The notes beneath the pieces are model-generated. The model was not told the origin of the DNA. It was given only the letters and a program-made list of their open reading frames with translations, and did not search any database. A stretch of DNA of 64,000 nucleotides from an uncultured Pseudomonadota bacterium (GTDB lineage: Bacteria; Myxococcota_A; Polyangia; Fen-1088), in contig CAWKBC010000027.1 of the NCBI GenBank assembly GCA_963847705.1, positions 448,001-512,000 on the forward strand, written 5' to 3'. A program made the position numbers and the translations under genes. Positions 1-9,642 of the stretch are shown here, in pieces (positions within the stretch are counted from its first letter, which is position 1; the number at the start of each line of letters is the position of its first letter).

Positions 1-62
1 AGGTGCAGCCCGGCCGACGTCGCCAGCGCCGCCGCGGTTTTCCGTCGACGTTTCTCGGACAC
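1..62 (-). CDS. Possible 5' end of a gene running off the window (N-terminal membrane anchor)
   Basis: GTG at 62 reads VSEKRRRKTAAALATSAGLHL: basic stretch then hydrophobic S-x-x-x-H, reminiscent of TonB/TolA-type anchors. Only 20 codons visible. Confidence 0.3.
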   Translation of the reverse strand, partial: MSEKRRRKTAAALATSAGLH

Positions 63-132
63 CTGCCACCCGTTCGTCTGGTCCGACCAACGAGGGGTGG
101 CGTCAGGTTGCTCGGCCTCGGATCGCTCGGCC

Positions 133-945
133 TCAGAGCGCTTGGCGGGTCAGTTCCTCGATCAGTGAGGGCAGGATCGCCGAGGCGCTTCCGCGAAGAA
201 ACTGGCCCCGCGCGGTCTGCTCGGCCAGCGCCGAGAAGACCGTTGGCTCGGGATCGACGACGACCAAGGGGACCCCGCGCGCCGCGACCATCTCGCACAT
301 ACGCGTGGGGAGCGTCGTCGCGCCGCTGGTTCCCACCACGATCAGCGCTGCCGCCGTCTCGGCCGCGCGCAGCGCCGAGACGTAGCGATAGCGTGGCTCG
401 TCGTACGACTCGTCGAACCACAGGACATGCGGGCGCAGCCAGTCGCCGCAGTCGCAGCGGAGCGCGGCCAGCTCGGCGTCGGCCAGCGACCTCTCCTTGG
501 GCCAGTCGACGGCGAGCGCGGCCGGCAGCGGCCGAATGGCCGGCGGACAGCCGTGGCTGCAGCGGCAGAAGTCGAGGTTGCCGTGAATTTGAAAGGTCCG
601 CTCGGGCGAGTTGCCGGCCCGCAGGTGCAGGCCATCGACGTTCTGGGTGACCAGCAGGAACCGTTCGCCGAGGCGCTGTTCGAGGGCGACCAGCGCCAGG
701 TGCCCGACGTTGGGCGCCGCGGCCCGACAGACCCCGCGGCGAAACAGATACCAGCGCCAGACCTCCTCGGGCATGGAGGCGAACGCCGTCGCGGTGGCCA
801 TCTCCGTGGGCTGATAGTTGCGCGAGCCGACCCGCCAGTAGCCCTCGGCGCCGCGAAAGGTGGGGATGCCGCTCTCGGCGGAGATCCCGGCGCCGGTCAG
901 AACGACGACCGGGCCTTGGCCGGCAATCTCCCGGGAGGCCAGCAT
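133..945 (-). CDS. cobB: NAD-dependent protein deacylase (class III sirtuin)
   Basis: GAGISAESGIPTFRG, TQNVDGLH, HG, zinc-site cysteines, RPHVLWFDE and VGTSG motifs; WYxxR typical of desuccinylases; start overlaps the ndh stop (TGATG). Confidence 0.92.
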   Translation of the reverse strand: MLASREIAGQGPVVVLTGAGISAESGIPTFRGAEGYWRVGSRNYQPTEMATATAFASMPEEVWRWYLFRRGVCRAAAPNVGHLALVALEQRLGERFLLVTQNVDGLHLRAGNSPERTFQIHGNLDFCRCSHGCPPAIRPLPAALAVDWPKERSLADAELAALRCDCGDWLRPHVLWFDESYDEPRYRYVSALRAAETAAALIVVGTSGATTLPTRMCEMVAARGVPLVVVDPEPTVFSALAEQTARGQFLRGSASAILPSLIEELTRQAL

Positions 946-2225
946 CAGCCGCCACCTTCGGGCCGCGACGACCGTCCCGAGATGATGCGCGCGCTGTGGC
1001 TCGAGACGACGTAGGCCCAGATCCAGTCCAGGAAGACCACCAGGCGGTTGCGAAAGCCGACCAGGTACCAGAGGTGGACGACGACCCAGGAGAGCCAGGC
1101 GAGGAAGCCCGTCATCCGCAGGCGACCGAGCTGGGCGACGGCGCGCGCCTTGCCGATGGTCGCCATGAACCCCTTGTCGAAGTAACGAAACGGCTGGGGT
1201 GGCATGCCTGATTTCGCGCGCAGGATGTTGCGGGCGGCGGCGTGCCCCTCTTGAATGGCGACCGGGCTGATGCCGGGGAGAGGCGCCGAGGCGCCCGCCG
1301 GGGTGAGCGCCGCCATGTCCCCGATGACGAAGACCTCGCGGTGGTCGGGGACGGTGCAGTCGGGCTCGACGACAACGCGCCCCGCGCGATCGCGCGCGGC
1401 TCCCAGCGCCGCGGCGAGCGGATTGGGACGTACACCGGCGGCCCAGAGGACGGTCCGGCAGTGGATCACCTCGCCGCCCACCAGGACGCCGTCGTTGTCG
1501 ATGCGCTCGACGCGCACACCGAGGCGGACGTCGACCTTCAGCTCTTCGAGTTGCAGGCGTGCGCTCTCCGACAGCTTGGGCGAGAAGGGCGTCAGGATGC
1601 GATCGGCCATCTCTACCAGCACCACGCGGGTCTCGGAGGGCTTCACCCGACGAAAGTCCTGGTGCAGGATCTCGCGCGTGAGATCGGCGATCGCGCCGGC
1701 CAGCTCGACCCCGGTCGGGCCGCCGCCCACCACCACGAAGGTGAGCAGGCGCCGCTTCTCCTCGGGATCGTCGGTGCGCTCGGCGGCCTCCAGCGCCGAC
1801 AGCACACGCCGCCGCACCTCGAACGCGTCCTCGAGATCCTTGAGACCCGGGGCCACCGGGGCCCAGTCGTCGTGTCCGAAGTAGCTGGTCTCGGCGCCGG
1901 CGGCGACGATCAGATAGTCGTAGGCCAGCTCGATGCCGTCGGCGAGGCGAACCCGTCGCCGAGGCAGATCGATCTGGCGGACCTCGTCCAGCAGCACCTC
2001 GATGTTGGTGTGATGGCGGAGGATCCGGCGAATCGGGTAGGCCACGTCGGTCGCCGACAGCGCCGCCAGCGCGACCTGATACAGCAGCGGCTGGAACAGG
2101 TGATAGTTCAGCCGATCCACCACCGTCACCGCCAGGTCGGTCCCCCCCAGCGCCTGCGCAGCGGCCAGGCCGCCGAACCCGGCGCCGATGATCACCACCT
2201 TCGGTCTGCCTGCCGCGTCGCCCAT
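945..2225 (-). CDS. ndh: Type II NADH dehydrogenase (FAD-dependent)
   Basis: GAGFGG FAD motif, HLFQPLLYQVA, VVGGGPTGVELAG NADH motif, WAAGV, FRYFDKG.MATIG, C-terminal amphipathic helices. Confidence 0.92.
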   Translation of the reverse strand: MGDAAGRPKVVIIGAGFGGLAAAQALGGTDLAVTVVDRLNYHLFQPLLYQVALAALSATDVAYPIRRILRHHTNIEVLLDEVRQIDLPRRRVRLADGIELAYDYLIVAAGAETSYFGHDDWAPVAPGLKDLEDAFEVRRRVLSALEAAERTDDPEEKRRLLTFVVVGGGPTGVELAGAIADLTREILHQDFRRVKPSETRVVLVEMADRILTPFSPKLSESARLQLEELKVDVRLGVRVERIDNDGVLVGGEVIHCRTVLWAAGVRPNPLAAALGAARDRAGRVVVEPDCTVPDHREVFVIGDMAALTPAGASAPLPGISPVAIQEGHAAARNILRAKSGMPPQPFRYFDKGFMATIGKARAVAQLGRLRMTGFLAWLSWVVVHLWYLVGFRNRLVVFLDWIWAYVVSSHSARIISGRSSRPEGGG

Positions 2226-2232
2226 GTTCGTG

Positions 2233-2284
2233 ACCCTAGCAGGCGCGGGACGAGGGATCGAACATCGCCCGAACGCGGTAACAT
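2233..2284. promoter_or_regulatory. Back-to-back -10 boxes for probable leaderless transcripts
   Basis: Minus: TGc-TAGGGT (2238-2233) 7 nt before the ndh ATG. Plus: TAACAT (2279-2284) 6 nt before GTG 2291. No SD on either side. Confidence 0.5.
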
Positions 2285-2290
2285 CGAGCG

Positions 2291-3028
2291 GTGACGATGG
2301 TCGTGACCGCCGCCGCGCCCCCCTTGGCCCCGCGTCCGTTTCGGCTTCGCGCCATCGACGCGGTGAGCGTGTTCCTGCTGCTGTTCGGCGGCATCTGGGC
2401 GGTCGTCGACGTCCCGGTGGTCATCGGTCTCAGTGTCGCGGGGGGGCCGTTCTGGAACGATCTGCTCCTCGACCGGCGCGGTATCGTTGTCGTCGCGACG
2501 CTCGATTCGGTCCAGCGGACGCAGACCCGGGTCAACGGCCGTTACGTCAATCGCGTCGCCTGCACGTTCTCCGACGCCGCCGGAAGGACGCATTCGACCT
2601 CGGCGCTCACCACCGACGGCGCGGTCATCGGGGCGCGGCCGACGACGCCAATCCTGATCGAGTACGACCCGCAATCTCCGGCCCGCGCGCGGATCCAGGG
2701 AGAGCGCGCCTCCGTGCTCGGCGCCCTCATCTTCATTCCCCTCGGGATGGGCCTCTCGGGGGTGGTCCTGTTTGCGCTCGGCCTCCGTCGGGTCCGAGCG
2801 CTTCGCGAGATCTACGTGCACGGTCAGGCGGTGCAGGCGACCGTCACTGCGGTGGCGACGACGCTGATGCGGGTCAACGGCCAGCGGGTGATGCGCGTCG
2901 ACTACAGCTTCGACACGATCACGGGGACGATGCGCGGGCGCACCTCGACGCGCCGGCCACCTCCCGTCGGCGCGTCGCTCTGGGTCCTCTACGACGCCTC
3001 CGATCCCCGGCGCAGCGTCGCCGCGTAG
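2291..3028 (+). CDS. Membrane protein with two DUF3592-like domains
   Basis: Two repeats of TM helix + G..V.ATV + Y.F + V.YDP..P..(S/A); T.TRVNG / T.MRVNG recurs in both halves. Confidence 0.7.
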   Translation: MTMVVTAAAPPLAPRPFRLRAIDAVSVFLLLFGGIWAVVDVPVVIGLSVAGGPFWNDLLLDRRGIVVVATLDSVQRTQTRVNGRYVNRVACTFSDAAGRTHSTSALTTDGAVIGARPTTPILIEYDPQSPARARIQGERASVLGALIFIPLGMGLSGVVLFALGLRRVRALREIYVHGQAVQATVTAVATTLMRVNGQRVMRVDYSFDTITGTMRGRTSTRRPPPVGASLWVLYDASDPRRSVAA

Positions 3029-3117
3029 CTCGGCCTCGCCGCGCAGAGAGTGCGCCGCTTCCCGATTGACCTGGCAATCCCTTGCCCGCCCGTGCGCGGG
3101 CGCCAGCTTGGGATAAG

Positions 3118-3846
3118 ATGAAGGTCTGGCTCGTCGGTCTGGTCTGGTTGTGCCTCTCGGTGGTGGCTGGACGAGCGCATGCCGATCCGGGTGATGTCGG
3201 GTACGACGGGTCGACCTCATCCGCCGCCACCGTCACCGTTGCACCGCCCGCTCCGCCGGAGGTGCGAAGGATGGGCTGGTTCGGGATCGGCGCCCGCGTC
3301 GGGATCACCCAGCTGCGGCTGACGGCCCCGGCCAGCGTCGTCAACGACCTCAACGAGATCAGCGGGACCTCGACCGGTGTCGACCAGTTCGCGCTGCGGT
3401 CGAACGTCACCACCGTCACCCCGACGCTTCACCTGGGCGGCAACGGATACTTCTTCAAGCTGGACCTCCCCATCAGCTTCGGGTCGAGCTTCACGATGAT
3501 CGGTCTTGGCATCTACCCCATCAACTACGGGATCTATGTCGCTCAGCTGGCGATGTTTCCGTATCTGTCGTTGGGCGCCGTGGGCAGCGAATTGACCTCA
3601 CACGAGACCTCGGACCCGGGAACCTCCCACAAGCTGATCGGCGGCGTGTTCCAGGCACGCCTGGCGGCGGGATTGAAGTTCTTCCCGCTGCACGGCCTCG
3701 CCCTCTCCGGCGAATTTGGTTACTCGCCCTGGACGGCGGGCGTCGCCGCGCTGCCGCCGGACTCCGGCTCGGGCTCCAGCGCCACGCACTTCGAAGGGGG
3801 CTTCGGCTCCGTCCTCGACTTCAGCTTCGGCGCCGAGTGGCTGTGA
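3118..3846 (+). CDS. Exported protein, probable small outer-membrane beta-barrel
   Basis: Signal peptide ending AHA; alternating beta-strand pattern; C-terminus FSFGAEWL. Confidence 0.65.
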   Translation: MKVWLVGLVWLCLSVVAGRAHADPGDVGYDGSTSSAATVTVAPPAPPEVRRMGWFGIGARVGITQLRLTAPASVVNDLNEISGTSTGVDQFALRSNVTTVTPTLHLGGNGYFFKLDLPISFGSSFTMIGLGIYPINYGIYVAQLAMFPYLSLGAVGSELTSHETSDPGTSHKLIGGVFQARLAAGLKFFPLHGLALSGEFGYSPWTAGVAALPPDSGSGSSATHFEGGFGSVLDFSFGAEWL

Positions 3847-3955
3847 GTCGGTGCTCGCGTTCGCACCGGCTCGCCCTTGGTCGAGGATCGCCGAGCCCGC
3901 CGCCAGGTGGTTGCGCCGGGAGCGCTCGGGCTTAGCTTTCCGCAGGGGATCGCGG

Positions 3956-5389
3956 GTGGCCGATGAGCGCTGGATCGAGACCGACGTCCCCGCCCGACTC
4001 GATCGTCTCCCCTGGAGCGGCTGGCACACCCTGGTCGTCACGGCGCTCGGGATCACCTGGCTGCTCGACGGCCTGGAGAGCAACCTCGCCGGGACGCTGG
4101 CGGGCGTGCTCAAACGCCCGGACACACTCGGCCTCTCCGATGCCCAGCTCGGCCTCTCCGGAAGCATCTACCTCTTCGGATCGGTGGCCGGCGCCCTGGT
4201 GTTCGGCTACGCGACCGATCGGCTCGGTCGGAAGCGCCTTTTCAGCATCACGCTCCTGCTCTACCTCACCGCGACGGCGGCCACCGCCTTCTCCTGGAGC
4301 TTCGCCAGCTTCAGCCTCTTCCGCGCGCTGACCGGCGCCGGGATCGGCGGCGAATACGCCGCCATCAATTCGGCGGTCGACGAGCTGATCCCGGGACGGG
4401 TGCGCGGTCACGTCGATCTCGGCATCAACGCCAGCTTCTGGCTGGGAGCGGCCCTCGGTGCGGGCGTTTCGGTGCTGCTGTTGAACACGACCTGGATTCC
4501 GCAGACGTATTCCTGGCGCTTCGCCTTCGGCCTCGGCGCCGCCATCGGCGCCGCGGTGCTGGTCCTGCGGCGCCATGTCCCCGAGAGCCCGCGGTGGCTC
4601 ATGGTCCATGGCGATCCGGCCGAGGCGGAGCGGATCGTGGCCGGCGTCGAGCGCGCCGTCGCCGGCGATCCGGCCCGGCTGCCGCCCGCCCTGGGGAAGC
4701 TCCGGATCCGGCGCCGCTCCCACGTCCCGTTCCGCGAGATCTGGCAGGCGATGGTGCATCAGCATCGCCGACGTTCCGTGCTCGGCTTCGTGCTGATGGT
4801 GACCCAGGCGTTCTTCTACAACGCCGTCCTCTTCACCTACGGGCTCGTGCTGCTGCGCTATTACCAGGTGCCGGCGGAGCACCTCGGCCTCTACCTGGTG
4901 CCCCTGGCACTGGGAAATTTCCTGGGACCGTTGCTGATGGGGAGGCTGTTCGACAGCGTGGGCCGGCGCCCGATGATCGCCGGAACGTACATCCTGTCGG
5001 GGCTCCTGCTGGCGATCACCAGCTGGCTGTTTCAGCGCGGGCTGCTCACCACCTTCACCCAGGCGCTCTCCTGGAGCGTGATCTTCTTCGTCGCCTCCTC
5101 CGCGGCCAGCTCCGCCTATCTCACGGTGAGCGAGATCTTTCCGCTCGAGATCCGCGCCCTCGCCATCGCGCTCTTCTACACCTGCGGAACGTTCGCCGGC
5201 GGCGTGCTCGGACCGGCGCTCTTCGGCTACCTGGTGGGAACGGGCGATCGCGTTCTCCTGGCGCGCGGCTACCTGGCCGGGGCCGCGGCCATGGTGGCGG
5301 GAGGCCTGGTGGAGGCGTTCATCGGCGTCGACGCCGCGCGGAAGCCGCTGGAGTCGATCGCCAACCCGCTCGGCAGCCAGGGCGACTGA
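3956..5389 (+). CDS. MFS transporter (sugar/aromatic acid transporter family)
   Basis: RLDRLPW N-terminus, motif A (G...DRLGRK), GAGIGGEY, PESPRWL, SEIFPLEIR; about 12 TM segments. Start moved to GTG 3956 after AGGGG. Confidence 0.9.
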   Translation: MADERWIETDVPARLDRLPWSGWHTLVVTALGITWLLDGLESNLAGTLAGVLKRPDTLGLSDAQLGLSGSIYLFGSVAGALVFGYATDRLGRKRLFSITLLLYLTATAATAFSWSFASFSLFRALTGAGIGGEYAAINSAVDELIPGRVRGHVDLGINASFWLGAALGAGVSVLLLNTTWIPQTYSWRFAFGLGAAIGAAVLVLRRHVPESPRWLMVHGDPAEAERIVAGVERAVAGDPARLPPALGKLRIRRRSHVPFREIWQAMVHQHRRRSVLGFVLMVTQAFFYNAVLFTYGLVLLRYYQVPAEHLGLYLVPLALGNFLGPLLMGRLFDSVGRRPMIAGTYILSGLLLAITSWLFQRGLLTTFTQALSWSVIFFVASSAASSAYLTVSEIFPLEIRALAIALFYTCGTFAGGVLGPALFGYLVGTGDRVLLARGYLAGAAAMVAGGLVEAFIGVDAARKPLESIANPLGSQGD

Positions 5390-5544
5390 ACGGGCGCGCC
5401 ATGGGGCTTTCGGACCGCCAGACCCCGATCTGGTCGCCTCTTTGAAAGCGCTTTGGCCGGGGGGCGTGGGGTCCGATAACGGTGATTCGCGCCCGCGCTT
5501 CGGGCGATCCCCTCGACCAGAGAGCGTGAATGACCCTGCGGTCT

Positions 5545-5576
5545 GTGCGGACTTCCGTGCGGACTTCCGTGCGGAC
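5545..5576. repeat. 12-bp tandem repeat (GTGCGGACTTCC x2.7), intergenic
   Basis: Directly visible just beyond the stop codon of the 5581-5913 gene. Confidence 0.8.
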
Positions 5577-5580
5577 CGAA

Positions 5581-5913
5581 CTAGCGCGACGGTGCGCGGA
5601 CGGTCGCGCTCTTTTTCTTGGGCGCGGCGCCGAGCAGCGGGACGCCGTTCTTTTCCTTGATGATCAGGTCGCCGCCGTCCTTGCAGACGCCGCTGATCGT
5701 CTTGCCTTCGTCGCTCCGCCCCTGGACTTTCCCCGGCGCGATCGTGGTGGTCGCGCGGGCGCCGACCTTCTGGTTCGGGACGTTGCCCGAGGCGACCGCA
5801 AAGGTGTACCCGGTCTCGTTCTTGATCCGACAGCTCGCGGACGCCGATCGATCGAACAGCAGAAGGAGCTGACCAACGACGAGACAACCCACGAAAGCGC
5901 TGGTGGACTGCAT
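5581..5913 (-). CDS. Small exported hypothetical protein
   Basis: Signal peptide (ASA), two Cys in the mature part, Lys-rich tail; GC3-biased codons. Confidence 0.6.
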   Translation of the reverse strand: MQSTSAFVGCLVVGQLLLLFDRSASASCRIKNETGYTFAVASGNVPNQKVGARATTTIAPGKVQGRSDEGKTISGVCKDGGDLIIKEKNGVPLLGAAPKKKSATVRAPSR

Positions 5914-6014
5914 ACCAGGGTTAGGGGCAGGTCAGGTTGATTTCGTCAGATCAGAATCCGCGGCTCCTCGCGGCTGCCGTGATCGCTGCCACGGTGTGGC
6001 AGCAGCCCCGCGGT

Positions 6015-7058
6015 TCAGCTCCGGGCGCTGTAAAGGGCGACCAGCGCGGCGCCGATCGCCTGCGACAGCTCGCCCAGCGTCGACGGCAGGATCCGCAGGC
6101 GCTCGCGCTGGACCGGCCAGAGGTGCGGCCGCGCGGTGTCGCCGACGATCTTGAGGTAGCGCTCGCGGAAGGCCTCGGTGGTGCTCTCCGGATCCATGAG
6201 GCCGCCGCCGATCACCACGAACTCGGGATCGAGCGCCAGCACCAGGTTGGCGATGTGGTAGCCCATCGCCCGCGCCTGGAAGTCGAACAGCTCCACCGCC
6301 AGGGCGTCGCCCGACTGCGCCAGGCCCCGCAGCGCGAGCGCCTTCTTCTTCGGCGCGTCGGTCGAGCGCGCCAGCGGATGGTCGGAATAGTTGGCCCCGG
6401 CCAGCTTCTCCTCGAGCAAATAGGGCAGGCCGGCCAGCGTGGTGTAGAGCTCGGCGCAGCCCCAGCTGCGGCCGCAGCCGCACTTGTAGGGCTTGGCGCC
6501 GAGCAGGTGCAGCGGCACCGCCATGTGCGCGGTCTCCATCCCGGCCAGCGTGTCGCCCGACAGCGGCAGCCCGCGCGCATCGATGTAGGCCGAGCCGAGG
6601 CCCGAGCCGGGCGCCAGCATCACCACGCCGCCGGTCCCGGAGCCGCGCACCCGGTGTGCCTCGCCGACGCCGCCGAACGCGCCGTCGTTTCCGACGGTGA
6701 GGGGCACCGCGCGCCCCGCCTTGCTGGCCAGCGCCTGCGCGTAGTCGTTGTAGAAGTCCCACCCCTCGAACTGGGCCGGCATGTTGGCGGAGTGCCCCAG
6801 CACCCCGTAGCGCTGGTAGGGGCCGGGGATGGCCAGGCCGACGCCACTCACCTGATCCCAGACCAGGCCGTTCTGCCCCAGATATTTGCCGACCGCCTCG
6901 ATCCAGCCGGCGACCACCGCGGCGCTCCCCGCCTCGGAGCTGGTGGGGTGCTGGTAAAGCTTGGTGGAGACGGTGGTGCCGTCGGACCAGACGCCGCCCA
7001 CCTTGGACATGGTGGCGCCGCAGTCGGTGCCGATGAAGACCTGCCGGTTGTCGCTCAT
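6015..7058 (-). CDS. ROK family sugar kinase
   Basis: GTDCGAT phosphate loop, GLAIPGP, NDG, GSGLG, zinc motif CGCG...GCAE, VIGGG; no HTH. Start MSDNRQ is preceded by TACACT at 7 nt. Confidence 0.88.
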   Translation of the reverse strand: MSDNRQVFIGTDCGATMSKVGGVWSDGTTVSTKLYQHPTSSEAGSAAVVAGWIEAVGKYLGQNGLVWDQVSGVGLAIPGPYQRYGVLGHSANMPAQFEGWDFYNDYAQALASKAGRAVPLTVGNDGAFGGVGEAHRVRGSGTGGVVMLAPGSGLGSAYIDARGLPLSGDTLAGMETAHMAVPLHLLGAKPYKCGCGRSWGCAELYTTLAGLPYLLEEKLAGANYSDHPLARSTDAPKKKALALRGLAQSGDALAVELFDFQARAMGYHIANLVLALDPEFVVIGGGLMDPESTTEAFRERYLKIVGDTARPHLWPVQRERLRILPSTLGELSQAIGAALVALYSARS

Positions 7059-7104
7059 GCCGCGCAGTGTAGCGGGAGACGCCCGGTGCTGCACGGCCGG
7101 TTCG

Positions 7105-9507
7105 TCAGTGGTGGCCGAGCGCGCGCCGCAGCCGATCTTCGGGCGCCACCAAGTGATCGTGATCATTGTCGCCGAGGTCGATGCGCACCCAGGCGATCTC
7201 GCCGGTCCAGGCATTCCCGGTCGGCTCGTACTCGGGCGACGCGGGTGAGCCGCTGTCTTCCCCCACGTCGCAGGCCTCGTCGGCCGAGAAGCCCATCGGG
7301 ATGGTCCGCTCGACCCGCCCCTTGCCGACCGGCTTGCCGTCGACGGTGAGGGTGACGCTGCCGCCGCGGGCCAGGCCGCCGCCGTCGTAGGCGAACTCCA
7401 TGCGGACCTCGTGGCGGCCGGGCGGAATGGTGGTGGTCGACCCGACGATGAAGTGCTGGAGGCCGAAGAAGTTGTAGCAGTAGCGGAGCTTCCCGTCCCT
7501 GGCGTAGAGGCTCCATCCGCCGACCCGCCCGCCCTGCGTGATGATGACGCCGTCGGCGCCGGCGGCCGGGACCGTCACCTCGGCGCTGACCGAGTGGGAC
7601 TTGTTCTTGACGTTGAGGACCGACGCCTCGGTGACGTGCATTCCGGCGAACAGCATCTGGCTGTTGCCGGTGGCCAGCTGCGGCCGTCCGGCCAGATCGG
7701 GGTTGATGCGCTCGTACCGGCGATCGTCGAGCGGAAGCACGTTGTACTTGGTCGCCTCGATCAGCCAGAGGCGCTGGAGCTCGGCCAGCTTGGCGCCGTT
7801 TGCGGCGACGACGTCCTTCGCCTGCGTCCAGTCGCCCGGTTCGTAGAGCTCCCAGACGTCCTGGTCGAACGGGGGCGGCGGATCGGTGAGCCAGGGGGTG
7901 CTGTGCCGGGTCACCGCCGTCCACCCCTGGTGGTAGAGGCCCCGGTTGCCGAACATCTCGAAGTACTGCAGCTGGTGCCGGTCGGGCGCCTGGGCGTCGC
8001 CGAAGCTGTAGGCCATGCTGACCCCTTCGAACGGCGCCTGGGCGATCCCGTTGACCATCTCGGGCGCGGGGAGGCCGGCGACCTCGAGGATGGTCTGCGC
8101 CACGTCGACGACGTGGTGGAACTGCGAACGGACCTCGCCCTTGGCGTCGAACCCGTTCGGCCAGTGCACGATGGTGCCATTGCGGGTCCCGCCCCAGTGG
8201 GAGGCGACCTGCTTGGTCCACTGGTAGGGGGTGCACATCGCGTGCGCCCAGCCGACCGCATAGTGGTTGTAGGCGTTCTCGGTCCCGAATTCGGCGATCT
8301 TCTGCCGCATCAGCTCCGGGGTCTCGAGCCCGGGCATTCCGTTCAACGTCGTCATTTCGTTGAAGCACCCCTTGAGCGTCCCCTCGGCCGACGCGCCGTT
8401 GTCGCCGATGATGTAGTAGACGAGCGTGTCCTCGAGGACGTCGAGCTCGCGGAGGGTGTCGAGGACGCGGCCGACGTGGTGGTCGGTCTGCTCCAGGAAC
8501 CCGGCGTAGATCTCCATCTCGCGCGCCAGCACGGGCTTGAGCTCGGCCGGCATCTCGTCCCAGGCGGGGATCTCCTTCGGCCGTTCGGTCAGCTCCGCGT
8601 CGGCCGGCGCCACCCCCAGCTTCTTCTGTCGCGCGAAGGTCTCCTCGCGCAGCCTGTCCCAACCCTGATCGAACTTGCCCCTGTACTTGGCCGACCAGGC
8701 CGCCGGGACGTGGTGGGGCGCGTGCGTCGCGCCGGGCGCGTAGTACATGAAGAAGGGCTTGTCGGGCACCAGCGCCTTCTGCTGACGGACCCAGTTGATG
8801 GCGCGGTCGGCGAGATCCTCGTTCAGCGTGTAGCCCTCCTCGGGCGTGCGGGGCGGCTTTACGGCGGCCGTCCCTTCGAAGAGGCCCGGGTAGTACTGGT
8901 TCGCCTCGCCGCCCACGAAACCGTAGAAGTATTCGAAGCCCGACCCGGTCGGCCAGTGGTCGAAGGGGCCCATCGGGCTGGTCTCCCACATCGGGACCTC
9001 GTGGCACTTGCCGAACTGCGCGGTGGAGTAACCGTTCAGCTTCAGGATCTCGGCGAGCGGGGCCTTGTTGAGGGGGCGCACGCTGTTGTTGCCGGGCGCG
9101 GAGGTGGCCATCTCGGTGATCGCCCCCATGCCGACCGAGTGGTGGTTGCGGCCGGTCAGCAGCGAGGCGCGCGTCGGCGCGCAGAGCGCGGTGGTGTGAA
9201 AGCGCGTGTACTTGAGGCCGGTCCCCGCCAGCCGCTCGGCGTTGGGCGTGTGGCAGGGTCCGCCGAAGGCGCTGGAGGCGCCGAACCCGACGTCGTCGAG
9301 CAGGATGAGGAGGACGTTGGGCGCGCCGGCGGGCGGACGCAGCCGGCGGATCGGCGGGTAGTGGGTCGCCGGGTCCTTGGCGTCGAAGGTGGTGAGGCCG
9401 ACGTGTTGTCGATCGGGGATCGGGAGAACCGAACGTGGAAGGTCATCTTCGGTGGGCTCCGCCGTGGCGCTCGGGGGCTGGGTGGGCGCGCCGTTGGTCT
9501 TCTTCAT
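7105..9507 (-). CDS. Cys-type arylsulfatase with C-terminal LamG-like domain
   Basis: PNVLLILLDDVG, formylglycine motif CAPTRASLLTGR, GKCH, GDNGAS, HWGGTR; SD GGAGG before MKKTN; no signal peptide. Confidence 0.93.
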   Translation of the reverse strand: MKKTNGAPTQPPSATAEPTEDDLPRSVLPIPDRQHVGLTTFDAKDPATHYPPIRRLRPPAGAPNVLLILLDDVGFGASSAFGGPCHTPNAERLAGTGLKYTRFHTTALCAPTRASLLTGRNHHSVGMGAITEMATSAPGNNSVRPLNKAPLAEILKLNGYSTAQFGKCHEVPMWETSPMGPFDHWPTGSGFEYFYGFVGGEANQYYPGLFEGTAAVKPPRTPEEGYTLNEDLADRAINWVRQQKALVPDKPFFMYYAPGATHAPHHVPAAWSAKYRGKFDQGWDRLREETFARQKKLGVAPADAELTERPKEIPAWDEMPAELKPVLAREMEIYAGFLEQTDHHVGRVLDTLRELDVLEDTLVYYIIGDNGASAEGTLKGCFNEMTTLNGMPGLETPELMRQKIAEFGTENAYNHYAVGWAHAMCTPYQWTKQVASHWGGTRNGTIVHWPNGFDAKGEVRSQFHHVVDVAQTILEVAGLPAPEMVNGIAQAPFEGVSMAYSFGDAQAPDRHQLQYFEMFGNRGLYHQGWTAVTRHSTPWLTDPPPPFDQDVWELYEPGDWTQAKDVVAANGAKLAELQRLWLIEATKYNVLPLDDRRYERINPDLAGRPQLATGNSQMLFAGMHVTEASVLNVKNKSHSVSAEVTVPAAGADGVIITQGGRVGGWSLYARDGKLRYCYNFFGLQHFIVGSTTTIPPGRHEVRMEFAYDGGGLARGGSVTLTVDGKPVGKGRVERTIPMGFSADEACDVGEDSGSPASPEYEPTGNAWTGEIAWVRIDLGDNDHDHLVAPEDRLRRALGHH

Positions 9508-9642
9508 CGAATCCTCCGCCCGAGCGAAGGTGGGAACCGGAGCCCCCGAGACAACGTCGCGCCCGCGGAATGCGGCGCGGGCCGACGTCGACGCGCGGTC
9601 GAGCTCGAGAGGCACCGCCGGCGCCCGAGGCCACTCCGAGGC

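Noticed and set aside
133-945. Sir2-type anti-phage defence effector (Thoeris/DSR)
   Set aside because: It is a canonical zinc-binding CobB-type sirtuin with no defence partner genes.
3072-3085. TGGCA...TTGC sigma-54-like site
   Set aside because: GG-to-GC spacing is 9 rather than the required 10 nt.
7411-9642. 795-aa plus-strand ORF, and similar long antisense ORFs such as 11145-14159, 18401-20611, 35346-37715 and the 5' parts of 57775-61287 and 45551-48475
   Set aside because: Shadow frames of well-supported genes in high-GC DNA with no motifs of their own; only the last 51 codons of 7411-9798 look protein-derived.
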